Shown in pieces: positions 1 to 8,358 of a DNA stretch of 64,000 nucleotides; the first letter of the stretch is position 1, and every line of letters begins with the position of its first letter. The stretch is from an uncultured Microthrixaceae bacterium (GTDB lineage: Bacteria; Actinomycetota; Acidimicrobiia; Acidimicrobiales; VFJN01): the NCBI GenBank assembly GCA_963703565.1, contig CAVPEW010000042.1:33327-97326 (forward strand), in the 5' to 3' direction. Under the pieces are notes generated by a model. The model was not told the DNA's origin, made no database searches, and saw only the letters and a program-made list of their open reading frames with translations. The position numbers and the translations under genes are program-made.

Positions 1-186
1 CAGGACCACGAACTCGCCCGGCCACACCTGCAGGTCGAGATCAGCGAGCGCGTCGGCCGCGGCCGGACCCTCGCCCAAGCGCTTCCCGACCCCGTGCAGC
101 AATACCGCCGCGAAGCCGGACCGGGCGGCAGCGTCGGCTGCTGCTGCGAGGTCCACACTCCGGTAACGGTGGTGCTGGACGCGCAT
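1..186 (-). CDS. ABC transporter ATP-binding protein, N-terminal 62 codons only (gene runs off the left edge)
   Basis: Hand translation of the minus strand from ATG 186-184, with GGAGG 8 nt upstream at 199-195. It gives MRVQHHRYRS...LLHGVGKRLGEGPAAADALADLDLQVWPGEFVVL, the usual ABC ATPase start just before the Walker A loop. It is not in the ORF track because there is no stop inside the window. Confidence 0.5.
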   Translation of the reverse strand, partial: MRVQHHRYRSVDLAAAADAAARSGFAAVLLHGVGKRLGEGPAAADALADLDLQVWPGEFVVL

Positions 187-314
187 CGACGTCACCTCCT
201 CGCCCCCAGTGGACGTCGCCAAGGGCCCGTCAGAACAGAGGCAAACGTCACGGGCGCGGCGACGAACGAACCGTCTCGACGCGCTCGCAATAGGATGACG
301 CCCGGCGTGGTGGA

Positions 315-494
315 GAAGTGATCTCCAGCTCGAAGTGATCGTAGGACGGTCAGTTGGCGAGCCGCTTGCGCTTGGTGGCGGCGGGCACGGCTCGGGTGGC
401 CTGCCGTTGGTGGGCCATGGATGTAGCCGGCGGCGTCATGTGTCGGCGCGATTCCAGCCGGTACACCTTCGGCGCGTCATCGCTCGAAGTGATC
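315..494 (+). repeat. Three direct copies of GAAGTGATC (315-323, 332-340, 486-494). Copies 2 and 3 extend to GCTCGAAGTGATC (328-340, 482-494).
   Basis: Read directly from the sequence. The AT-richer 9-mer stands out in GC-rich non-coding DNA. It lies upstream, in the minus sense, of the ABC ATPase start at 186. Confidence 0.7.
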
Positions 495-751
495 CTCTAC
501 TCGCGTCGGTGTGTGGGGCCCGACCGGTCGAACCGGCATGAACGCGCCGACGAGGACTGAGCACGGCGCGGCACTGCGTGCTTGACGCAAGTGACCGCGA
601 CCTCGAACGCCTCATCCGTGTCGCCGATGTGCAAGCCGAGTCCGCCATCCGCCATCTCGGCGTTGTCGAGGGATGGCGCGCCATCGAATGTGGGTGCGGT
701 CCGGTCGGGAGCCTGGCGGTGCTCTCCGAGCCCGTCGGTCCAAGTGGCCGC

Positions 752-892
752 GTCGTGGCGGCCCTTCGCCCCGGCGATCTCGGTGACCTCAGCGTCGACG
801 AGCTCGCCCATCACGCCCAGACCGATCGCCACTCACGCCGCCAGGAGACCCTGGCGCATCTGCGACGCGAACACCTCACGCTGGTCATTCAC
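752..892 (-). pseudogene. Possible transposase N-terminal remnant (Mutator/IS256-like) with an in-frame TGA
   Basis: The minus strand reads VNDQREVFASQMRQGLLAA, then TGA (835-833), then VAIGLGVMGELVDAEVTEIAGAKGRHDAA. From memory this resembles the conserved GL.VM..L.E.EVT.L.GPKGRH segment of actinobacterial Mutator-type transposases. The similarity ends after about 46 codons. No search was run. Confidence 0.3.
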
Positions 893-1003
893 CTTCCCGG
901 CCAGCCGCTCAGCCAGGGGTCGAACCGCTCAGTGCGGGCTCCCCGCGGCCAAGCGCCAGCGCCCGAACCAACCCGCTCCAGGCAGTTCAGGCGCTGGATC
1001 TGC

Positions 1004-1078
1004 TGGCGCCCCCGGCAGGACTCGAACCTGCGCACACGGCTCCGGAGGCCGATGCTCTATCCGCTGAGCTACGGGGGC
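1004..1078 (-). tRNA. tRNA-Arg, anticodon CCG (encoded CCA end included)
   Basis: The reverse complement is GCCCCCGTAGCTCAGCGGATAGAGCATCGGCCTCCGGAGCCGTGTGCGCAGGTTCGAGTCCTGCCGGGGGCGCCA. It has a 7-bp acceptor stem, a D arm GCTC/GAGC, an anticodon loop CTCCGGA, a T arm with GGTTCGAGTCC, and a 3' CCA. Confidence 0.9.
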
Positions 1079-1152
1079 AGGGCGGGCCACGCTAGTCCCC
1101 CCGAGCCTGTCGTCCCACCCAGGGCTGGCGCGGGCCACGGGTACGCTACGCG

Positions 1153-1524
1153 GTGATGGCCACAGTTCTCGTCGTCGAGGACGACCCGGTGATCCAGCGG
1201 CTGCTGGAGGTGAACTTCGAGCTCGAAGGCTTCGCGGTGCTCGTCGCCGCCGACGGGGTCGAGGCGCTCGAAGTCGTGCGGCGGGACCGGCCCGACGTGG
1301 TGATCAGCGACGTGATGATGCCCAACCTGTCGGGCGTCGAGCTGGTGGGACGGCTTCGTGCTGTCGAGGGTGACACCCGCATCCCGGTCATCTTGCTGTC
1401 GGCCAAGGCGCAGTCGGGCGACGTTGAAGCCGGCCTCGCCGCCGGCGCCGACGACTACCTGACCAAGCCCTTCGAGCCGCTCGAGCTCGTCGATCGCGTC
1501 AACGCCCTGCTCGCCGCGCGGTGA
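1153..1524 (+). CDS. Single-domain response regulator (CheY-like receiver)
   Basis: VLVVEDDP, DVVISDVMMP, LLSAK and YLTKPF are the receiver acidic pocket, phospho-Asp, Ser/Thr and Lys motifs. There is no output domain. The start is GTG 1153 or ATG 1156. Confidence 0.85.
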   Translation: MMATVLVVEDDPVIQRLLEVNFELEGFAVLVAADGVEALEVVRRDRPDVVISDVMMPNLSGVELVGRLRAVEGDTRIPVILLSAKAQSGDVEAGLAAGADDYLTKPFEPLELVDRVNALLAAR

Positions 1525-1531
1525 CCGGCCT

Positions 1532-3133
1532 GTGATCCGCGAGCAGCTCGAGTCGTCCCTGCGCGCCGCGCTCGAGACCCTCGGCGTGGCGGCACCCCCC
1601 TCGATCACCCTCGAACGCCCGGCGCGGCGCGAGCACGGCGACTGGTCCACCAACGTTGCGCTCGTGTCGGCCAAGGCGCTGGGCCGCAAGCCCCGTGAGC
1701 TGGCGGCCGAGCTCGCGGCGGCGCTAAGCGCCCAGGGCGTGCCGCACCTCGCCTCGGTCGATGTGGCCGGGCCCGGCTTCGTGAACCTCCGCCTCGAGGA
1801 CGGCTGGCTCCACGATGTCGCCCGCGCCGTGCTCGCTGGCGGCGTCGACGGCTACGCACGGCCAGACCTCGGCGGGGGCCGGCGCGTCGACGTGGAGTTC
1901 GTGTCGGCCAACCCCACCGGGCCGCTGCATGCGGGGGGCGGGCGCTGGGCCGCCTACGGCGACAGCCTGTGCCTGGTGCTCGAACGGTGCGGGCACGAGG
2001 TCCACCGCGAGTACTACCTCAACGACCGCGGGGTCCAGATGGGCCTGTTCGGCGCCTCGCTGGCGGCGCGCAAGGCCGGTACTGCCCTGCCCGAGGACGG
2101 CTACGCAGGTGACTACGTCAGCGAGTGGGCCGCCGAGATGCCCGACGACGTCGACCCGGTCGAGTGGGGATACGCGAAGGTCCGTGCCGACATCGCGGCG
2201 AGCCTAGAGCGCATAGGGGTGCGCTTCGACACCTGGTTCTCCGAGCGGTCCCTGGTCGAATCGGGCGCCATCGACGCCACCCTCGCCGACCTTGCCGCCC
2301 GCGGCGCGACTTACCGGGCCGAAGGGGCGTTGTGGCTGCGCAGCACCGCCCACGGAGACGACAAGGACAGGGTGCTGGTCAAGTCCGACGGTGAGCCCAC
2401 CTACCTGTTGCCCGACATCGCCTACCACCGCGACAAGTTCGCCCGCGGCTGGGACCTTCTCATCGACGTGTGGGGCGCCGACCACCACGGCTACCAGGCC
2501 CGGCTGCGCGCGGGGGTGGCCGCCCTCGGCCACGACCCCGCCGACCTCGAGATCGTGCTCGGCCAGCTGGTCACCCTGCGCCGTGGCGGCGAGGTGGTCC
2601 GGTTGTCCAAGCGGGCGGGGGACCTGGTCCTGCTCGACGACCTCGTCGACGCCGTCGGCCCCGACGTCACCCGGCTCACCTTCCTGCTCCAGTCCCTCGA
2701 CACCCGCCAGACCATCGACTTGGACGTCGTCACCTCGCAGTCGATGGACAACCCGGTCTTCTACGTGCAGTACGCCAACGCCCGCATCCACTCGATCGCC
2801 CGCCGCGCCGCCGAGGCCGGGGTGCGGCGGGCGCCGCTCGACACCGTCGACCTGTCCCTGCTCACCCACCCCCGCGAGCTCGACCTGCTTCGCAGCCTGT
2901 CCGAGCTGCCCGACGAGCTCGCAGCGGCCTGCGACGAGCGGGCGCCGCACCGGGTGGCGACCTGGGCCCGTGAGCACGCCGGGCGCTTCCACGGCTTCTA
3001 CCACGACTGCTACGTGATCGGAGACGTTCCCGCCGAGCTCACCCAGGCCCGGCTCTGGCTGGTCGAGGCGGCCCGCATCGGACTCGCCATCGGCCTCGCG
3101 ATGCTGGGCGTGACGGCCCCGGAAGCGATGTGA
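1532..3133 (+). CDS. argS: Arginine--tRNA ligase
   Basis: 533 aa. It has SANPTGPLHAGGGR (the HIGH region) and the typical ArgS N-terminal and anticodon-binding ends. It is followed by lysA, as in actinobacterial synteny. Confidence 0.95.
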   Translation: MIREQLESSLRAALETLGVAAPPSITLERPARREHGDWSTNVALVSAKALGRKPRELAAELAAALSAQGVPHLASVDVAGPGFVNLRLEDGWLHDVARAVLAGGVDGYARPDLGGGRRVDVEFVSANPTGPLHAGGGRWAAYGDSLCLVLERCGHEVHREYYLNDRGVQMGLFGASLAARKAGTALPEDGYAGDYVSEWAAEMPDDVDPVEWGYAKVRADIAASLERIGVRFDTWFSERSLVESGAIDATLADLAARGATYRAEGALWLRSTAHGDDKDRVLVKSDGEPTYLLPDIAYHRDKFARGWDLLIDVWGADHHGYQARLRAGVAALGHDPADLEIVLGQLVTLRRGGEVVRLSKRAGDLVLLDDLVDAVGPDVTRLTFLLQSLDTRQTIDLDVVTSQSMDNPVFYVQYANARIHSIARRAAEAGVRRAPLDTVDLSLLTHPRELDLLRSLSELPDELAAACDERAPHRVATWAREHAGRFHGFYHDCYVIGDVPAELTQARLWLVEAARIGLAIGLAMLGVTAPEAM

Positions 3134-4428
3134 GCGCGCCGGACCCCGCCGGCGACGCCGGGCCGGTCGCGTCGCACCTGCTGCCCGACACGGCCTCGGT
3201 CGGCATCGCCGGTGAGCTGCGCATCGGCGGTTGCAGCCTGGTGGAGCTGGCCGCCCAGCACGGCACGCCCCTGTTCGTCTACGACGAGGCCCACCTGCGG
3301 GCCCGCTGCCGCGAGGCGCTGGCCGCCTTCGGCGAGGGCGTCGCCTACGCCGGCAAGGCCTTCCTGTGCCGGGCCATGGCCCGCCTCGTCGACGAGGAGG
3401 GCCTGCACCTCGACGTCGCCACCGCCGGTGAGCTGCACGTCGCGCTCGCCGCCGGCGTCGCCGCCGAGCGCCTGGTCCTGCACGGCAACAACAAGGCCGA
3501 CTCCGAGCTGGCCACCGCCCGCCGGGTCGGCGTCGGGCGCATCGTGGTCGACAGCTTCGACGAGCTCGACCGCCTCGGAGCCCAGCACCGCGCTGACGGC
3601 GTGGTGCCCCGGGTGCTGCTGCGCATCACTCCGGGGGTGGAGGCCCACACCCACGAGTTCGTGCGCACAGGGCAGCTCGACTCCAAGTTCGGCTTCGCTG
3701 TGGCCACCGGCGCTGCCGAGGCCGCCATAGAACGAGCCCGGTCGTCGCCGTCGGTGGAGCTGATGGGCCTGCACCTGCACATCGGGTCGCAGGTCTTCGT
3801 GGCCGACTTCTACCGCCAGGCGGTCGAGGTCATCGCCCCGTGGGTGCGCGCCCACGCCCTGCCCGAGGTGTCGGTGGGCGGCGGGCTCGGCGTCGCGTAC
3901 CTGGGCTCGGAGGAGGCGCCGAGCATCACCGCCTGGGCGGCTTCGCTGCGGCGCGCCTGGACCGAGCACGGCATCGAGGCACGCCTCACCGCCGAGCCCG
4001 GCAGGTCGATCGCCGCGCAGGCTGCGGTGACGCTCTACACGGTGGGCACCATCAAGGAGATCCCCGGCGTTCGCACCTACGTGTCGGTCGACGGCGGCAT
4101 GTCGGACAACCCCCGCCCGGTGCTGTACGGCTCGGGCTACGAGGCCTTCCTGCCCCGAGCGGTGAACGCCCGACGTCCCCGCACCGTCACGGTGGTCGGC
4201 AAGCACTGCGAGTCCGGGGACCTCCTGGTGCGCGACGCGCAGGTGCCTGCCGACCTCTCGGTGGGTGACGTGCTCGCCACGCCGGTCACGGGCGCGTACG
4301 GCCACGCCATGGGCTCGAACTACAACAAGGTGCCGCGCCCAGCGGTGGTCTTCGTCGCCGACGGGAGCGCCCGCACCGTCGTGGAGCGAGAGACCCTCGA
4401 CGACATGTTGCGCCACGACGTCGGCTGA
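3130..4428 (+). CDS. lysA: Diaminopimelate decarboxylase
   Basis: 432 aa with YAGKAF (PLP Lys region), HGNNK, and CESGD near the C-terminus. The GTG start overlaps the argS stop (GTGA at 3130-3133). Confidence 0.95.
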   Translation: MSAPDPAGDAGPVASHLLPDTASVGIAGELRIGGCSLVELAAQHGTPLFVYDEAHLRARCREALAAFGEGVAYAGKAFLCRAMARLVDEEGLHLDVATAGELHVALAAGVAAERLVLHGNNKADSELATARRVGVGRIVVDSFDELDRLGAQHRADGVVPRVLLRITPGVEAHTHEFVRTGQLDSKFGFAVATGAAEAAIERARSSPSVELMGLHLHIGSQVFVADFYRQAVEVIAPWVRAHALPEVSVGGGLGVAYLGSEEAPSITAWAASLRRAWTEHGIEARLTAEPGRSIAAQAAVTLYTVGTIKEIPGVRTYVSVDGGMSDNPRPVLYGSGYEAFLPRAVNARRPRTVTVVGKHCESGDLLVRDAQVPADLSVGDVLATPVTGAYGHAMGSNYNKVPRPAVVFVADGSARTVVERETLDDMLRHDVG

Positions 4429-4446
4429 CACCGGCGGGTCCCGGGC

Positions 4447-5115
4447 TCACAGCACCGGCAGGACCGCCTCGGCGAAGCCTTGCCGGTACAGCGCCCGCAC
4501 CAACGCCGAGTCGCCCGAGCGGATCCGCGCGATGCGCAACGCGACGTCGAGCGCGATCTCCACCGAGCCGTCGGGCAGCGCGACGGGCGGGCAATCCAGG
4601 CTGCGGGCCAGGTCGTCGAGGTGCACCACCTGCTCGACGACGCGAGTGGCCAGGTAGGCGCCCAACGACATCGAGCGGCCCCCGAACACGGTGACCAGGC
4701 GGGCCGGGTCGGCGGCATCGAGCCTGGCGCGCATCGCGGGGAGGCGGTCGGTGACCTCTTCGACCAACGCGGCGTGGCCCGCCGCGGCCACCTGGGCGCC
4801 GCGTGCCCGCACGGCCGCGTCGTCGGCGGGGGTCGACGCCGCCACCAGCACCGAGAAGTACTCCGCCGCGTCGGTGAAGTCGGCCGGTCCGGTCGGCTCG
4901 GGCCCGCGGAGGTAGTCGCCCACGAGCCAGATGGCGCCCCGCGCCAGGTGGCCGGCCAGGGAGCCGACCGGCTGGTCCTCGAGCACGCTGGGGCGGTCCC
5001 AACCCAGGGCCACCTCCGGCGCGCGCAGCGCGGCGAGCACCGCCTCGCAACCGGCCAGGTAGAGCGGGCGCAGGTCGACGTCGGTCGTCACATGCCGATG
5101 TTGGCACCGCTGCAC
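4447..5115 (-). CDS. DinB-like / mycothiol-dependent maleylpyruvate isomerase N-terminal domain family protein
   Basis: The N-terminal DVDLRPLYLAGCEAVLAAL...VGSLAGHLARG pattern resembles the TIGR03083-type metal-binding domain. The start may be GTG at 5091. Confidence 0.6.
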   Translation of the reverse strand: MQRCQHRHVTTDVDLRPLYLAGCEAVLAALRAPEVALGWDRPSVLEDQPVGSLAGHLARGAIWLVGDYLRGPEPTGPADFTDAAEYFSVLVAASTPADDAAVRARGAQVAAAGHAALVEEVTDRLPAMRARLDAADPARLVTVFGGRSMSLGAYLATRVVEQVVHLDDLARSLDCPPVALPDGSVEIALDVALRIARIRSGDSALVRALYRQGFAEAVLPVL

Positions 5116-5165
5116 CCGCGTCCGCGCCCCTGGGTACGAGGCTGCAGCGGTGGATCTCGAGGGTC

Positions 5166-5516
5166 TCAGGCTGTCGCGGCTCGCAGCACCAGCACCACTA
5201 TGGCCACCACGGCCAGTACCGCCGCGGGAGCCATCTCGGAGGTCTGGTCGTGGGCCTGCACGTGGAAGACGACAGCGCCGATGAAGTACAGCGCGAGCCC
5301 CGCCGCGGCAGCCACCCCCAGCGGCTCGATCCCCAGCCCGAGCACCAAGCCGAGCGCCCCGAGGGCCTCGAGCAGCGCCAGGGCGGGTATCAGCCTCCCC
5401 ACCCCGAGGTGGTCGAGCATCGTGACCACCCGCTCCTGGCGGGTCAGCTTGCCGGCAGCCGATCCGGCGGCGACCGCCGCCAGCAGCAGCGACAGGATGA
5501 GTGTGACGACGAACAT
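5166..5516 (-). CDS. DoxX family membrane protein
   Basis: 116 aa with four hydrophobic helices and the DoxX-like LLEALGALGLVLGL / GAVVFH pattern. Confidence 0.7.
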   Translation of the reverse strand: MFVVTLILSLLLAAVAAGSAAGKLTRQERVVTMLDHLGVGRLIPALALLEALGALGLVLGLGIEPLGVAAAAGLALYFIGAVVFHVQAHDQTSEMAPAAVLAVVAIVVLVLRAATA

Positions 5517-5605
5517 GAGCCCTCCTCGAGATCTACGGGCGGAACCAGTATCACCTCGCCGGGGCGTCGGCGGGGGACCCGGGGCCGCCCGCCTACCATG
5601 GCGAA

Positions 5606-6899
5606 GTGTCCGCCACGGTCTCGTCGACGGTCAGGGTCGGGCTGCTCGGGTGCGGCACCGTCGGAGGCGCGCTGGTCGAGCTGATGGCGTCGCGTGGCGA
5701 CGCCATCACCGCCAGGACGGGCCTGCACCTCGAGCTTCTCCCGCGTGGCGGTGCGCGACACGTCCCGCTCCCGGCCGGGCGCGCTCGGTGCCGCGAAGGT
5801 CACCACCGACGCAGGGGCGCTCGTCGAGGACCCCGATGTCGACGTCGTCGTCGAGGCCATCGGCGGTGTCGAGCCGGCCCGAGAGCTGGTGACCCGTGCC
5901 CTGGCTGCTGGCAAGCCCGTGGTGACGGCCAACAAGGAGTTGCTGGCCACGGCGGGGCCCGAGCTGTTCGCGGCTGCCGACCGCGCCGGGGTCGACCTGC
6001 TGTTCGAGGCGGCCGTCGCTGGGGGGATCCCCCTGCTGAGGCCGTTGCGCGAGTCGCTGGTGGGCGAGCGCATCGCCCGGGTGACCGGCATCGTCAACGG
6101 CACGACGAACTTCGTGCTGACCCGGATGAGCGAGCAGGGCAGCACCTACGAGCAGGCCCTGGCGGAGGCCCAGCGTCTCGGTTACGCAGAGGCCGACCCG
6201 ACCGCGGATGTCGAGGGCCACGATGCCGCGGCCAAGGCCGCCATCCTGGCCACGATCGCCTTCGGCGTGCGCGTGGCCTCGGCCGACGTGTTCCGCGAGG
6301 GCATCTCGGGGGTGACCGCCGTCGACATCGCGTTCGCTGGGCGCCTCGGCTACGTCGTGAAGCTGCTGGCGGTTGCCGAGGACGACGGAACTACGACCGC
6401 CGTGCGGGTCCATCCTGCGATGGTGCCGACCACCCACCCGCTGGCCGCGGTCCGAGACAGCTTCAACGCGGTCTTCGTAGAGGGCGACGCCGTGGGAGAG
6501 CTGATGTTCTACGGGCGTGGCGCCGGCGGGTCGCCGACCGCGTCAGCGGTGCTCGGCGACCTCATCGACGCCGCCGCCAACCTCCGCCGGGGCACGCACG
6601 GATCGTTGGGCCAGCTCGGCCCTGCCCGCCTGCGCCCGATCGAGGAGCTGCAGTCCGCCTACTACCTGCGCCTCGAGGTGCGCGACCGCCCGGGTGTGCT
6701 GGCGCTGGTGGCCGGCGTGCTCGGGCGCCACGGGGTCTCGATCCGCTCCATGGAGCAGGAGGGCCTCGGTGACGAGGCGCGCCTGATCTTCATCACCCAC
6801 ACCGCCCGGGAGGCGGCGGTGCAGGCAACCCTGCGCGAGCTCGGCGACCTCGACGAGGTCGACCGCGTGGGGGCGATGGTGCGCGTCCTGGGCCCGTGA
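5606..6899 (+). pseudogene. hom: Homoserine dehydrogenase, frame broken by one extra base at about 5735-5741 (assembly error or pseudogene)
   Basis: The NAD-binding start VRVGLLGCGTVGGALVELM is in the frame of GTG 5606. The remainder (RVAVRD...TANKELLA...IVNGTTNF...ACT-like C-terminus) is in the frame of track ORF 5694..6899. Removing one base of GAGCTTCTCCC joins the two frames. Confidence 0.85.
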
Positions 6900-6930
6900 C
6901 CCCGCGCCCCGAAGCCGCCGCGGCCCGTTC

Positions 6931-8277
6931 GTGATGCGCTACGTGTCGACACGGGGCGCCGCCCCGTCGCTGGACTTCGGCGACGTGCTGCTCGAGGGGC
7001 TGGCGCGCGACGGCGGCCTCTACGTGCCCGAGGCGGTCCCCGCACTGGGTCCGGTCGACGCGGCCGCTTCCTACGCCGCGCTGGCGACCTCGGTGATGGC
7101 GCCCTACGCAACCGGCTTCGCCGGGCTCGCCGCGCACGTCGCCGACGCCTACGCCGGCTTCGACGACCCCGCCGTGTGCCCGATGGTCCGCCTCGCCGAC
7201 GGCCGTTGGGTCCAGGAGCTCTGGCACGGCCCGACCCTGGCGTTCAAGGACCTCGCCCTGCAGATCGTCGGCCGCCTGATGGACGCCGAGCTCGACCGTC
7301 GCGGCGACCGGCGCACCATCGTGGTCGCCACCTCGGGTGACACGGGCAGCGCGGCCATCGCCGCCTGCGTCGGGCGCGCCACCCTGGAAGTGGTCGTGCT
7401 GCACCCCGCCGGGCGGGTCAGCGACGTCCAGCGCCGCCAGATGACCACCGTGGACGCCCCCAACGTGCACAACGTCGCCGTCGAGGGGTCCTTCGACGAC
7501 TGCCAGGACCTGGTCAAGGCCCTCTTCTCCGACGAATCGCGCCGGGAGCGCTGCCGCCTGGGGGCCATGAACTCCATCAACTGGGGCCGGGTCCTCGCCC
7601 AGATCGCCTACTACGTCGACGCCACCCGCCGGGTCGGGGCGTGCGACGTGGTGGTGCCCACCGGCAACTTCGGCAACGTGCTCGCCGGCTGGTACGCCCG
7701 CGCGATGGGCGCGCCGATCGCCCGGCTGGTGATCGCCTCCAACCGCAACGACATCCTGCCCCGCTGGCTGGCCACGGGCACCCTTGCCGCCCAGGCCGTC
7801 CGCGAGACCCTGAGCCCCTCGATGGACATCCAGGTGTCGTCGAACCACGAGCGGCTCCTGTTCGAGCTGCTGGGCCGCGACGGCGCGGCCACCGCCGAGC
7901 TGGTGGATCGGTTCCGCTCGTCGGGCTCGGTCGAGGCGCCCGTGCCGGAGGGCTTCGCCGCCGGGCGCGCCGACGACCACGAGATCCTCGCGGAGATCGC
8001 AGCCGTAGCTCGGACCGGCTACCTCGCCGACCCCCACACCGCCGTCGGCCTGCACGTCGCGCGCACCCTCGGGCTCGGTGCCGAGCGCCCCGTCGTGTGC
8101 CTGTCCACCGCCCATCCCGCCAAGTTCCCCGACGCGGTCACGGCCGCCACCGGGTCGCCGCCCCCGGTGCCCGAACGCCTCGCCGCGCTGGCCGGGCTTC
8201 CCGAGCGCTACGAGGTCCTGCCCGCCTCGCTCGACGCTGTCGCCGCAGTGGTCGAGCGCTCCGCCCGCCCCGCCTGA
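6931..8277 (+). CDS. thrC: Threonine synthase
   Basis: 448 aa with MRYVSTRG...LYVPE at the N-terminus and the PLP-lysine motif LAFKDLALQ. It follows hom. The start is GTG 6931 or ATG 6934. Confidence 0.95.
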   Translation: MMRYVSTRGAAPSLDFGDVLLEGLARDGGLYVPEAVPALGPVDAAASYAALATSVMAPYATGFAGLAAHVADAYAGFDDPAVCPMVRLADGRWVQELWHGPTLAFKDLALQIVGRLMDAELDRRGDRRTIVVATSGDTGSAAIAACVGRATLEVVVLHPAGRVSDVQRRQMTTVDAPNVHNVAVEGSFDDCQDLVKALFSDESRRERCRLGAMNSINWGRVLAQIAYYVDATRRVGACDVVVPTGNFGNVLAGWYARAMGAPIARLVIASNRNDILPRWLATGTLAAQAVRETLSPSMDIQVSSNHERLLFELLGRDGAATAELVDRFRSSGSVEAPVPEGFAAGRADDHEILAEIAAVARTGYLADPHTAVGLHVARTLGLGAERPVVCLSTAHPAKFPDAVTAATGSPPPVPERLAALAGLPERYEVLPASLDAVAAVVERSARPA

Positions 8278-8358
8278 GCGCCCGCCCGGGCACTCGGGCC
8301 GACTCGTGCGGTTTGGGCGATCTAGTCTCAGGGCCGCTGCCAACATGAGGGGGAGATC

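Noticed and set aside
350-418. A 22-codon minus-strand ORF (MAHQRQATRAVPAATKRKRLAN) lying between GAAGTGATC repeat copies 2 and 3.
   Set aside because: It has no Shine-Dalgarno sequence and no recognisable family. It is too short to separate from chance in a region that looks decayed.
521-537. Half-matches to the SOS box, such as TCGAACCGGCATGAAC.
   Set aside because: Only the left half-site matches the TCGAAC-N4-GTTCGA consensus. The right half-site does not match.
905-1003. A possible duplicated tRNA 3' end (att site) or integrase gene next to tRNA-Arg. For example, GGGGTCGAACCGCTCAGTG at about 928-946 shares TCGAACC with the tRNA T-arm.
   Set aside because: The similarity is limited to about 7 nt and does not fold as a T-arm. 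No integrase-like ORF is present between 187 and 1003.
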